64,000 bases of DNA. Source: Actinomycetota bacterium. GTDB lineage: Bacteria > Actinomycetota > Actinomycetes > Nanopelagicales > Nanopelagicaceae. The position numbers and the translations under genes were made by a program. The stretch spans positions 41-64,040 of the forward strand of contig JAPLBF010000006.1 of the NCBI GenBank assembly GCA_026392825.1, written 5' to 3'. The notes beneath the pieces were generated by a model. That model had not been told where the DNA came from, made no database searches, and was given only the letters and a program-made list of their open reading frames with translations. The stretch's first letter is position 1, and each line of letters starts with the position of its first letter. This document shows, in pieces, positions 40,773 to 50,667 of the stretch.

Positions 40773-41807
40773 ATGTCACAGAGTTCAACTACCCCCGCCA
40801 AACTTCCATCTAATCAATTTGATCACTTTTATCGCGGCGGAAATCGCATTGGTGCGCTGCGACATGGTCCGGGCGGTCCGATGCGCCCCGAAGAGTGGAT
40901 TGGTTCGATTACCACTCGCTTTGGCGAAGCCGAACAAGGTCTTTCACATTTGGCTGACGGAACTCTTTTACGCGAAGCGATTAAGGCTGATCCAGATGGC
41001 TGGCTTGGCGCAGACCACGTAAAGAATTTCGGTTTATCTACTGAGATATTAGTTAAGTTACTTGATCCTGATCAACGACTTCCTGTTCATTATCATCCAA
41101 ATAAAGCGTTTGCGAAAACACATTTAGGTTTGGATCACGGAAAAACTGAAGCCTGGATTATTTTAGAAGCACCCGCTGGCTCTGGAGTCGGTTTGGGGTT
41201 TGCTGCTAAGCAGAATAAAGAGGATCTTCTCAAATTAGTCCGTGCCCAAGATTCTGCAGCACTACTTGCATCTTTGCGCCGCACTGAGGTCAAGGTTGGC
41301 GATGCTGTACTCGTTCCGGCCGGTGTTGCACATGCAATTGATGCCGGAATTTTTGTACTCGAATTGCAAGAGCCAACAGATCTATCAGCGCTTTTAGAGT
41401 GGGAAGGTTTTGCCGTCGATGGAATTAAAGACGGTCACCTCGGTCTCGGTTTTGAAACTGTTACTGATGCTTTAAAGCTTGACCCGCTAACGGATGCAGA
41501 ATTTGACTCGCTAATAACTCACACCGCTTTTTCTGGTGGAAACATGCGAACAGTTCTTCCTCTGAAATCAGATGGTTATTTCCGCGCCCATTTAGCGCCA
41601 GGAAGCGGTGATCTACCTGCAGGTTTTGCCATTATTTTGGTCTTAGACGGAAGCGGAGAAATCACTTTCGCAAATGCGCCAACTATGGCGATTACTAAAG
41701 GTGATGCTGTTGTTATTCCATTCGCAGCTGGTGCATATTCCCTGACTGGAGCAAATGCGATTATCTGCCGACCACCACTTGCGGAGTTGGCGCGAGTCGC
41801 TGAATAA
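40773..41807 (+). CDS. Class I phosphomannose-isomerase-like cupin
   Basis: LVKLLD..QRLPVHYHP, GKTEAW, VPAGVAHAI, LELQEP. Confidence 0.8.
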   Translation: MSQSSTTPAKLPSNQFDHFYRGGNRIGALRHGPGGPMRPEEWIGSITTRFGEAEQGLSHLADGTLLREAIKADPDGWLGADHVKNFGLSTEILVKLLDPDQRLPVHYHPNKAFAKTHLGLDHGKTEAWIILEAPAGSGVGLGFAAKQNKEDLLKLVRAQDSAALLASLRRTEVKVGDAVLVPAGVAHAIDAGIFVLELQEPTDLSALLEWEGFAVDGIKDGHLGLGFETVTDALKLDPLTDAEFDSLITHTAFSGGNMRTVLPLKSDGYFRAHLAPGSGDLPAGFAIILVLDGSGEITFANAPTMAITKGDAVVIPFAAGAYSLTGANAIICRPPLAELARVAE

Positions 41808-41810
41808 ATT

Positions 41811-43124
41811 ATGCAAGAGATTCTAATTGGCGTTGACATTGGTACATCTCGCCTTAAAGCGGTTGCAACGGATCTTGATCTAAAAGTTTTATCTGAGTAC
41901 GCAGAGCCAACGCCTTGGAAACACATAAAGAATTGCAGCGAGATAGATATGTTGCTGCTGGCCAACACAGTGATATCAGTTGCATCTAAAGCAGCGGAAT
42001 TAGCTGGCGGAAAAGTGATTGCTATTGGTTTTACTGGATTTAGTGAAACTGGCGTTTTGATGGACGAAGCAGGTACTCCACTTTCTCCTGGCTTAGCCTG
42101 GCACGATCCCCGTGGAATAACGGAACCAATAATTAAAGAGCTAGGTGACTTTGAATTTCGTGCTCGCGCAGGAGCGCTGCTAAACGAAATTGTTACGATT
42201 TCAAAGGCGCTCTGGTTTAATCAAAATTATCCTGAATCAAAGAGAGCGAAACGCTTTCTTTCAGCACCTGAATGGGTGGCTTACTGCCTCGGTGCCGAAC
42301 CAGTTAATGAACTCTCTTTAGTCAGCCGAACTGGTTTCTTTGATGTGGAAGCGCGCAAACCTTGGGAAGAAGCAATTGCTCTGGTTGGCGGCGGAAAAGA
42401 TTTCTTAGGAAGGTTGGTCGTTGCAGGAGAGCCAATTGGAATTGTAAATAACCAAGCGCCAGAGAATTTACGTGGTGCGGTAATAACGATTGCCGGACAT
42501 GACCATTTCACCGCTGCTTATCACAGTGGTGCGATCAATGAGGGCTCACTCTTTGATTCAATGGGAACCGCTGAAGCGCTATTGCGCACCTTTAAAGCCC
42601 CACTTAAGCGAGAAGCAATTGCAGAATTAGCTGCGGCAAATGTTGGGCTTAGTTGCTCAGTTATTGCCGATCACTACACCTTACTCGGAGCGTTACCAAC
42701 GGGACTGACTTTAGAACGTGCCTGCTCTTTACTTGGCGTAACTTCACTTGATGGGAAAGTTGAACTCGGAACAGCAGCGCTATCAATTGATCCGGCCGCA
42801 AGTGCGATGCGCGTAGTAAATGATTACCACGGTCTTTCAATCACAAATTTAGATGATGCCGTGTCACCCGCTGCTCTCTTTCGCGCAACCGTTGAACACC
42901 TAGTTGAAGATTCGGCCGAAATGATTTCACTGATTGAAAAATTCACTGGAAAAGCGCAGAACGTAGTCATTGCAGGGGGATGGATAAAGAATCCAATTAT
43001 TGCCTTTGCAAAAGAAAAACAATTTGGAAAGTACCGGGTTTCAGATGCGACCGAAGCAGGTGCGACGGGAGCAGCGGAGTTTGCAGGTATTGCTGCAGGT
43101 AAATTTAAGTTAAGGGTTAATTAA
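41811..43124 (+). CDS. FGGY-family carbohydrate kinase (divergent)
   Basis: IGVDIGTSRLKA, AWHDPR, AGHDH, DSMGTAE, AGG, GAA. Confidence 0.85.
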   Translation: MQEILIGVDIGTSRLKAVATDLDLKVLSEYAEPTPWKHIKNCSEIDMLLLANTVISVASKAAELAGGKVIAIGFTGFSETGVLMDEAGTPLSPGLAWHDPRGITEPIIKELGDFEFRARAGALLNEIVTISKALWFNQNYPESKRAKRFLSAPEWVAYCLGAEPVNELSLVSRTGFFDVEARKPWEEAIALVGGGKDFLGRLVVAGEPIGIVNNQAPENLRGAVITIAGHDHFTAAYHSGAINEGSLFDSMGTAEALLRTFKAPLKREAIAELAAANVGLSCSVIADHYTLLGALPTGLTLERACSLLGVTSLDGKVELGTAALSIDPAASAMRVVNDYHGLSITNLDDAVSPAALFRATVEHLVEDSAEMISLIEKFTGKAQNVVIAGGWIKNPIIAFAKEKQFGKYRVSDATEAGATGAAEFAGIAAGKFKLRVN

Positions 43125-43892
43125 TTACTTATATTGTTCTAAAGTCCAGGCGCGCACTCCGCCAGCAACTCCAGCTGCATTTGGAACGATAACAATTTCA
43201 TCGCCCATTCGATCTAAATCTGCCTGACGAATACAACGCGCGTTTCCGCCGCCAATATAAAGGCGGTCCCACATAAACACTGGGCGAAGTTCATCAACCA
43301 TTGCGCGAATTCGGCGCGACCAGAACGCATTACCCAAACGACGACGTTCGTGTTCGCCAATCCAAGTGTCGTAAGTTGTGGCGCGACGAACCGGCGCGTG
43401 TGAAAACTCAATATGTGGTGAGAGTGATCCACCATAAAAAATTGCAAAACCAAGTCCGGTTCCCAGGGTAATTACTACTTCATACCCGGATCCAGAAATG
43501 ATTCCTGCACCATGAACTTCAGCGTCATTTAATACGCGAGTCGGCTTCTCTAATTTTTTTGTGAGAACGCTCTGCATATCAAAACCACTCCACTGCTCTT
43601 GGAGTTCTGGATCAATGCGCGTGCGTGGTCCACTCTTAGTCATGTAATGCGGGGTTGAAATAACTACACCGTGGCGAATCATTCCGGGCATTCCAATAGT
43701 CGCGCGATAAGTCGGCGGAAGTGAATCAGAGATTTCTTTCATCGTATCTATAAATCGCTGTGGTGAAAGTGGATAAGGAGTTTCGATGCGACCCGGCTTT
43801 GAATGCATTGTTCCTGACTCATCGAGGACGCAACTCTTTAGAAAGAGTCCGCCACAATCAACAGAGAGGGTTAAGCGCTCATCGTTTGCCAT
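43125..43892 (-). CDS. ROK-family sugar kinase (no HTH; polyphosphate-glucokinase-like)
   Basis: Start ATG 43892; VDCGG, GMPGMI, VLNDAEVHG, TLGTGLG, YIGGGN. Confidence 0.82.
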   Translation of the reverse strand: MANDERLTLSVDCGGLFLKSCVLDESGTMHSKPGRIETPYPLSPQRFIDTMKEISDSLPPTYRATIGMPGMIRHGVVISTPHYMTKSGPRTRIDPELQEQWSGFDMQSVLTKKLEKPTRVLNDAEVHGAGIISGSGYEVVITLGTGLGFAIFYGGSLSPHIEFSHAPVRRATTYDTWIGEHERRRLGNAFWSRRIRAMVDELRPVFMWDRLYIGGGNARCIRQADLDRMGDEIVIVPNAAGVAGGVRAWTLEQYK

Positions 43893-43945
43893 TGGCCAAT
43901 CTTCCCACAATCACTACTGCAATAGAAATTCAGAGATAAATGGGC

Positions 43946-44608
43946 TTATTTGCCGCGTTGACCATAGATATTTTGATATCTGTCATACAACTTATCAACG
44001 CTTTCCTGATCTATTAATTGCAAGGGTCCGAGTGTCTTTGCAATCCAAGTTGTCTTGGCAACGTCTTCGCACATCACAGCGGATTTGACTGCTGCGGTGG
44101 CATCTTTACCAATAGCAAAAACGCCGTGGTTCTTCATAATTACCGCAGATGATCGGTGTCCCGAAAGTGTTTCAACAACTCCTTTGCCGATTGCATCGTT
44201 GCCAATAAGTGCAAATGGACCTAAAGGAATTTCGCCACCAAATTCATCTGCCATTGCTGTTAGTGCGCAAGGAATAGCGCTGTGAATTGCGCTCCAGGCT
44301 GCTGCGTAATTTGAATGGGTGTGAACGACGCCGCCAACTTCTGGCATTTCTCGGTAGATATATGCGTGTGTAAAGGTATCGCTGGATGGAGAGAGGTCAC
44401 CTTCAATAACCTTTCCATCCAAATCACAAATAATCATTTGGGAAGGTTTCAAGTCTTCGTAACTTACGCCGCTCGGTTTGATCATAAAACTTTTTCCATC
44501 AGCCATGCGTTCAGAAACGTTACCGGCAGTCCAGGCAACAAGACCGTATCGCTGTAGATCGATGTTCAATTTACAAACTTTATTTTGTAAATCCTCTTTA
44601 CTCGCCAT
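43946..44608 (-). CDS. araD: L-ribulose-5-phosphate 4-epimerase
   Basis: LVAWTAGNVS, IKPSGVSY, PSSDT.TH, VHTHS.YA, HGVF. Confidence 0.88.
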   Translation of the reverse strand: MASKEDLQNKVCKLNIDLQRYGLVAWTAGNVSERMADGKSFMIKPSGVSYEDLKPSQMIICDLDGKVIEGDLSPSSDTFTHAYIYREMPEVGGVVHTHSNYAAAWSAIHSAIPCALTAMADEFGGEIPLGPFALIGNDAIGKGVVETLSGHRSSAVIMKNHGVFAIGKDATAAVKSAVMCEDVAKTTWIAKTLGPLQLIDQESVDKLYDRYQNIYGQRGK

Positions 44609-46294
44609 TTATTTCACCGATCCAGTCAGGGCGCGATCTCGTATCGCACGCAGTGAATGCATTGCACCATTGTGGCCGAAACTTTCGTAAAGTTGGTTGT
44701 AGAGCTCATAAAGTTCGTTGTAAACCTGGGCGTTCGCTGGATTTGGTTGGTAGCGCTCTTGCGCAACGCCACCCATTGCAGCGGCAGCGGTTTGTACATT
44801 CTTATAGGCACCCGCAGCAACTGCGGCGTGAATTGCTGAACCCAGCGCTGGACCTTGTGCAGATTTAATAATCGTTATCGGCATATTCAACACATCTGCA
44901 TAAATCTGCATTACAAAACTATTTTTTATTAATCCGCCGGCTGCAATGAACTCTTTCACTGGAACACCGGATTCATTAAAGGTTTGCACAATCTTGCGCG
45001 CACCATAAGCAGTTGATTCAACGATCGCGCGATATATCTCTTCTGGTTTTGTTGAAAGCGTCAGACCCATAATTAAGCCAGAGAGTTGATGATCCACCAG
45101 AGTTGAGCGATTGCCACTCTGCCAATCAAGGGCAACCAAGCCGTGTGCGCCAACTGGTTGTGCACTAGCTAATTCTGATAAATAAGTATGTATATCTAGA
45201 CCTTTGGCTGCTGCGGCATTTGTGTATTCGGCCGGTGCATAGTTATTTGCAAACCAACCGAAAATATCTCCGACTCCGGATTGTCCTGCTTCATAACCAA
45301 GTGAGCCAGCAATAATTCCGCCGTCGACTACTCCACACATTCCTGGCACTTCTGCGAATTTTTCAGAGACCATCACATGACAAGTTGATGTACCCATTAT
45401 CGCAACCATCTGTCCGGGATTAACTGCGTTCGCTGCGGCTGCGGTGACATGAGCATCGACATTGCCAACTGCAACTGCAATTCCTTTTTTGAGTCCGGTC
45501 CATTTGGCAGCTTCAGCCGTTAGCGTTCCCGCAATTGCACCAAGTTGGCCAATCTCGTGTTCAAGTTTTTCGGATATGAAATTTTCAAACTTTGGATTTA
45601 GCGCTGCTAAATATTCTTTACTTGGATATTTACTATCTTGATAAATTCCTTTATATCCCGCAGTGCAAATATTGCGCACATACTTTCCGCAGAGTTGCCA
45701 GATAATCCAATCGGCTGCTTCAACCCATTTATCCATAGCCTCATAAACTTCTGGGGCTTCTTCCAGAACTTGCAAAGCTTTAGCAAACTCCCATTCAGAT
45801 GAGATCTTCCCGCCATAACGCGAAATCCAAGGCTCTTTCCGCGCGTGAGCTGCTTCGTTGATCCGGTCAGCATGTGGTTGTGCGGAATGGTGTTTCCATA
45901 ATTTCACAAAAGCGTGCGGGTTTTTAGAGAATTCAGAAATTTCACATAAAGGTGTGCCATCTGATTTAACAGGCAGAGCAGTGCAGGCAGTGAAATCTGT
46001 TGTAATCCCAATGACATCATCAGGGGATATCCCAGACTCTTTTAAGACGGCTGGCACAGTATTTTTCAAAACATCGACATAGTCTGCCGGCACTTGCAAA
46101 GCCCAATCAGGGGGAAGTTTGGCACCTGAAGTAGGAAGAAATTCTTCTATCACTGCATGCGGATATTCATAGACCGAAGTAGCAATTTCTGCGCCATCTG
46201 AGATTCGCACCAGTAGCGCGCGGCCAGAGAGGGTTCCGTAATCAACGCCAATTACATATTTATTAGCAATGTTTTCTGCAAATGAATCTGGCAC
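44609..46294 (-). CDS. araB: Ribulokinase
   Basis: GVDYGTLSGRA, DFTACT, VKLWKHH.AQ, GTSTCH, YEAGQSGVGD, LDWQSGNRS. Confidence 0.92.
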   Translation of the reverse strand: MPDSFAENIANKYVIGVDYGTLSGRALLVRISDGAEIATSVYEYPHAVIEEFLPTSGAKLPPDWALQVPADYVDVLKNTVPAVLKESGISPDDVIGITTDFTACTALPVKSDGTPLCEISEFSKNPHAFVKLWKHHSAQPHADRINEAAHARKEPWISRYGGKISSEWEFAKALQVLEEAPEVYEAMDKWVEAADWIIWQLCGKYVRNICTAGYKGIYQDSKYPSKEYLAALNPKFENFISEKLEHEIGQLGAIAGTLTAEAAKWTGLKKGIAVAVGNVDAHVTAAAANAVNPGQMVAIMGTSTCHVMVSEKFAEVPGMCGVVDGGIIAGSLGYEAGQSGVGDIFGWFANNYAPAEYTNAAAAKGLDIHTYLSELASAQPVGAHGLVALDWQSGNRSTLVDHQLSGLIMGLTLSTKPEEIYRAIVESTAYGARKIVQTFNESGVPVKEFIAAGGLIKNSFVMQIYADVLNMPITIIKSAQGPALGSAIHAAVAAGAYKNVQTAAAAMGGVAQERYQPNPANAQVYNELYELYNQLYESFGHNGAMHSLRAIRDRALTGSVK

Positions 46295-46370
46295 CCGAAG
46301 AGCCTACCGCAGTGCTTATTCCTGCTGCTAGAGTTTAAAAACTTAAAACATTTAGAAAATTGGAGTTCTG

Positions 46371-47216
46371 ATGACTGTTGTAACGATCCTTGGTGCTGGC
46401 GGCAAGATGGGTAATCGAATTACCAAACCTCTTCTTGAAACAAAGAAGTACCAGCTTCGCTTTGTCGAAAAGTCTGAAGCCGGACAAGCGCGCATTCGCG
46501 AGGCCGGGTTACAAGTTATGGATTTAGATGATGCGCTTAAAGGTACCGACGTCGTAATTTTCACAACTCCAGATGCGTTAGTACGACAGATTTCAGATGA
46601 AGTGGTTCCAAAGTTAGATCCTGGAACCAAAATTCTATTTTTAGATCCAGCCGCAATTGCCGCCAGCCGAGTAAAAATGCGTGAAGACATTAGTTGTTTT
46701 GTCTGTCACCCAACACACCCGCCAGTATTTAGTTTGCTCGGTGAGACAGATGCAGCTGCGCGCCGAGATTATTGGGGTGGAGGCCTCGCTACTCAAGCGC
46801 TGGTATTTGCAATTGCGTGGGGTACTGAAGAAGAAGCGGACTTAGTCGAAACAATTGCCACCGAAATGTTCGCTCCGATTAGCGCTAGCCACCGTATAAC
46901 TGTGCAGCAAATGGCTTTGCTCGAGCCTGCGCTTAGTGAAACCTTAATTAATGGTTGCGTTGAAGTAATCACACAAGGTCTGCAAAAAGTTATTGACCTC
47001 GGAGTTCCAGAAGCTGCAGCGAAAGATTTCTGCATGGGCCACTTACAGATAAGTATCGCGCTCTTGTTTGAAGAGTTAAATTGGAAGTTATCTGATGGAG
47101 CACTGATGGCGTTAAAGCACGCGCAAGGTTCGCTCTTTCGTGATGATTGGGCAGCAATCTTCGAACCTGAAAATGTTCTTGCCAGCGTTAAGCAAATCAC
47201 CGGTGGGGATAAGTAA
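46371..47216 (+). CDS. apnO: D-apionate oxidoisomerase-family protein (PGDH_C domain)
   Basis: GAGGKMG.R, HPTHPPVF, DYWGG.LA.Q, HRITVQQMALLEPALSET, AAKDF.MGH, DDW..IFEPE match the ApnO family as I recall it; GGAG RBS. Confidence 0.8.
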   Translation: MTVVTILGAGGKMGNRITKPLLETKKYQLRFVEKSEAGQARIREAGLQVMDLDDALKGTDVVIFTTPDALVRQISDEVVPKLDPGTKILFLDPAAIAASRVKMREDISCFVCHPTHPPVFSLLGETDAAARRDYWGGGLATQALVFAIAWGTEEEADLVETIATEMFAPISASHRITVQQMALLEPALSETLINGCVEVITQGLQKVIDLGVPEAAAKDFCMGHLQISIALLFEELNWKLSDGALMALKHAQGSLFRDDWAAIFEPENVLASVKQITGGDK

Positions 47217-47224
47217 CTTTAAAG

Positions 47225-48043
47225 ATGAAACTTGGCGTTTCTAGCTTTACCTTTCCTTGGGCGATTGGCGGCATCGAAGCCGATCACCCGGTGGCGATGG
47301 ATGCCTTTAAGTTACTAGAAAAAGCGCACGAGCTGGGTGCTGATGTTTTGCAAATCGCAGATAACTTGCCGATTGGGCACTTAAGCGATGCAGAACTTAT
47401 GAAGTTAAGAACCACTGCCGACGGCTTTGGGATTGCTTTAGAAGTTGGCACGCGCGGTATCAGACCAGAAAATATTGAGCGCTTCTTGGCAATCGCTCAA
47501 ATTCTTGGATCACCGATATTGCGCGTAGTAATTGATAGCAAAGGACACGAACCCGATATTGCAGAAATCTGTGAATTACTACAACCATTTGCTTCGAAGT
47601 TTAAATCTGTAAACGTTAAATTAGCAATTGAAAATCACGATCGCCTAACTTGTGCAGAATTTAACGAGATCATTGATCGCCTTGGTTCTGATTGGGTAGG
47701 TATCTGTTTAGACACTGTAAATTCGCTAGGTGCAGTGGAAGCTCCAAATACAGTTGTGCCAGCGCTATCGCCTCGCGCAATAAATGTTCATATGAAAGAT
47801 TTTGAAATCGTTCGCACCAACGGCCAAATGGGGTTTACCGTTCAAGGAACGGCGCTAGGTAAGGGACGATTAGATGTTGCTGCAGTAATCGCCGCCGTTG
47901 GAGGTACTTCTCGTGAAATTACTTCAGTAATTGAATTATGGACTCCCCGCCAAAGTAGTTACTCAGCGACAGTTGAATTGGAAGAAAGTTGGGCAAATGA
48001 AAGCGTGGCATTTTTACGTAAGTCGATAGGATTAAAAGTATGA
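47225..48043 (+). CDS. Xylose-isomerase-like TIM barrel (candidate 3-oxo-isoapionate decarboxylase)
   Basis: Metal-site motifs AIENHD, CLDTVNS, NVHMKD, VIELW; directly after apnO. Confidence 0.75.
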   Translation: MKLGVSSFTFPWAIGGIEADHPVAMDAFKLLEKAHELGADVLQIADNLPIGHLSDAELMKLRTTADGFGIALEVGTRGIRPENIERFLAIAQILGSPILRVVIDSKGHEPDIAEICELLQPFASKFKSVNVKLAIENHDRLTCAEFNEIIDRLGSDWVGICLDTVNSLGAVEAPNTVVPALSPRAINVHMKDFEIVRTNGQMGFTVQGTALGKGRLDVAAVIAAVGGTSREITSVIELWTPRQSSYSATVELEESWANESVAFLRKSIGLKV

Positions 48044-48756
48044 AGCTATCCGGATATAACGTCGCCATCACAGGTGGTTCTGGTGGGATTGGATCTGCTT
48101 TAGCCACTGGCTTACTTGAGGATGGCGCAAAAGTATTCAATTTAGATTCTGTAAAACCGGGCGATCAAGCGGCTAATTTCATCTCCGTCGATTTAGTCGA
48201 TGAAAAATCTGTCCAAAAAGCTTTTGAACAGATTGAAAAGCTCGATGCAATAATCGTTTCGGCAGGCGTGCAGTTGGTTGGAAGTGATTCCAAGATCGCC
48301 GATGTAACTTTAGAAACTTGGCAACGCACTATTGATGTAAATATGACTGGCGCTTTTCTCGCTGTTAAATATGCGATGCCACTCTTAATCGATTCTGATC
48401 GTGGCTCAGTTGTACTAATCGGTTCTCCAACTGGAATGACTATGGAAGGCGCTGGCTACACCGCTTATGGCGCATCAAAGGCGGGAATGATGGGCTTATC
48501 TCGCATCATCGCGGTGGATTACAAAGAAGTTGGCGTGCGATCAAATGTCGTTGTACCCGGCACGATGTCTACACCGCTAATTAAAAAGATTTGGGATGAT
48601 CCCGAAAAAGGGCCAGATTTAATTCGGCGAACACCACTTGGGCGGATGGGCGACCCACGTGATTTAGTAGGAATTGTTAACTGGTTGGTTTCTGCCGACT
48701 CTTCATTTGCAACAGGTGCATCGTATGCAGTTGATGGCGGAATGACTGCGCGATGA
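48040..48756 (+). CDS. Classical SDR dehydrogenase
   Basis: TGGSGGIG, YGASK, VVPG; ATGA-coupled on both sides. Confidence 0.92.
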   Translation: MKLSGYNVAITGGSGGIGSALATGLLEDGAKVFNLDSVKPGDQAANFISVDLVDEKSVQKAFEQIEKLDAIIVSAGVQLVGSDSKIADVTLETWQRTIDVNMTGAFLAVKYAMPLLIDSDRGSVVLIGSPTGMTMEGAGYTAYGASKAGMMGLSRIIAVDYKEVGVRSNVVVPGTMSTPLIKKIWDDPEKGPDLIRRTPLGRMGDPRDLVGIVNWLVSADSSFATGASYAVDGGMTAR

Positions 48757-50534
48757 GTATTAATCACTGGCCCGACACAACGCGGGTAACTCACGGCGGC
48801 TTCACTTTAGATTTAGCTCGAGAGGCTATTCGAAATATCAGATTCGAAGGTGTGCAATTAATTGATCTGCTTTACACCGCAATACGCCCTTTGGATTGGT
48901 CAACTTTAAAAGCCGACGAGTATTCAGCAGATGTGCAAATTATTGGTAATGATTGTGTAATTACAGTCAATGAAGTATTTGCAGGTGCACTATCCGCACA
49001 AGCAAAAATTACGCTTTCTTCAAGCAATACTTTTTCAGTTGGGTATGAATTGAAAGGCTTAACTGAATATCAAGTTAGTCGCTGGGGTGTGTGTTTCTGT
49101 CTTAATACCGCAGATTGGATGAGATCTAGCGTGGTCTCATCAGGAAATACTTACTCACTTGCGCAAGATATTTCTCCGCAGCGAGTTGTCGACGGGGTTA
49201 TACAAGGCCTCTTTCCTGCCTCAGATGAAATGCACTTCCTCGCACCAGATAAGCGGAGTTTAAAGGTGGTTTCTACCGGCAAAGTTATGGAAGCTGAAGA
49301 TCAGCGCAATTGGACAGATAACACTTACAAAATTTATAGCGGGTCTCTAAGTGAGCCCTTTCCATTCTTGACTAGCGCTGGAAGCATCTGGAAGCAGAGC
49401 GTTAACTTTGAAGTTGGCGTTCCTGAATCCGTCACTACTGATGCAACGAAAATCTTGGTGAAGGAGATTGAGGCTCTTCCAAGCATTGGTCTGCAGTTTA
49501 ATCACGATTCTCTCTTAACTCCTGATGATTTGGAAAAGGCTTTTATTCTGCTAGAAATTGATCATCTTCGAATAAATGAAGAAACGTTGACTTCTCAAAA
49601 AATTGCGACCACTGCCGCAAGTGGTCTTATTTTGGAGGCCGCGCTGCTCTCTTCTAGTAAAGGTGATTATTTAAAGGAGGAGGTGCTGCGACTTAGTGAA
49701 AGAGTTCCGGCTGGCTCGCGCCTACTTGTTCAAATAGAAGGTCGCCAAGTTGTAGACGCGGCAGATCTACCAAAAAATAGCTCTCTTAATTCATATATTC
49801 CTGGATCGGATGCGTTCTTAGTTGATCTACAGAACGATCAATACAACTTTGGAAATTCAGTTTCTTATTCAATGGCACCAACTGTGCACTCTTTTGATAC
49901 CGAAACCATTTTTAAAACTCTATTTACACAGCAAGAGTCCATTAACTTCGCACAAAAATACATTGCGCCACAAGTTTTCATTTCCCCCATCACTTTTTCA
50001 ATGCGCGGCAATCCTCATTCTGGACATTCCAGAGATCAGCGACTTGTTTATGCGGAACCAGAAATGGCTCTGCATATTCGCACTATTGAAGGTGCGGCGT
50101 GGACCCTTGGATCAATTCATTCACTTGCAAGCGCAGGCGCATTCTCCGGAAGTTGGCACGATTTATTTGGCGAGTTTGGAATTATTTATTCGCAATCCGA
50201 TTCCGTAAAATTCTCCCCAACTTTTCACGCCATTACCGCGCTCGGTGCACACCGTGCACATCAAATTACAATTGCAACATCTTCTGATAATTCTTGGGTT
50301 GCTTTTGAAAATCGAGAAACGAAAACAATTCTTGTCGCATCCCTTCGCCCCTGGAGCCTTGAAATCACGGCAAAGGTCTTAGTCGGATACAAGTCGATGC
50401 AAAGTCTGCGAGGCGAAGATTGCGATAAAGCCAGCCAGATTATGGATTGGTGGTCATTTGCTGAGGCGACCCCAATTTCAGCTGATTTTCCCCTCACCCT
50501 GACCCCCTTCGAAATAGCCCTGATTCGGGGTTAG
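48753..50534 (+). CDS. apnL: D-apionate lactonase-family protein
   Basis: IRNIRFEGV, IRP.DW.T, EAEDQRNWTDNTYKIY resembles the ApnL-family E(M)EDQRNWTDASYKTY signature (from memory); ~590 aa. Confidence 0.72.
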   Translation: MSINHWPDTTRVTHGGFTLDLAREAIRNIRFEGVQLIDLLYTAIRPLDWSTLKADEYSADVQIIGNDCVITVNEVFAGALSAQAKITLSSSNTFSVGYELKGLTEYQVSRWGVCFCLNTADWMRSSVVSSGNTYSLAQDISPQRVVDGVIQGLFPASDEMHFLAPDKRSLKVVSTGKVMEAEDQRNWTDNTYKIYSGSLSEPFPFLTSAGSIWKQSVNFEVGVPESVTTDATKILVKEIEALPSIGLQFNHDSLLTPDDLEKAFILLEIDHLRINEETLTSQKIATTAASGLILEAALLSSSKGDYLKEEVLRLSERVPAGSRLLVQIEGRQVVDAADLPKNSSLNSYIPGSDAFLVDLQNDQYNFGNSVSYSMAPTVHSFDTETIFKTLFTQQESINFAQKYIAPQVFISPITFSMRGNPHSGHSRDQRLVYAEPEMALHIRTIEGAAWTLGSIHSLASAGAFSGSWHDLFGEFGIIYSQSDSVKFSPTFHAITALGAHRAHQITIATSSDNSWVAFENRETKTILVASLRPWSLEITAKVLVGYKSMQSLRGEDCDKASQIMDWWSFAEATPISADFPLTLTPFEIALIRG

Positions 50535-50667
50535 GGGCGGTACCTAAATCACGCGTGCGCGGGTAACAGTTCTGTAACGATCTCAAATTCGCCTTAAAAC
50601 CCTTTAAATAGGCGTAGATCCTATGTACTATCGGTTGCGATTGACCCACCTATAGGAGGAAATATAT

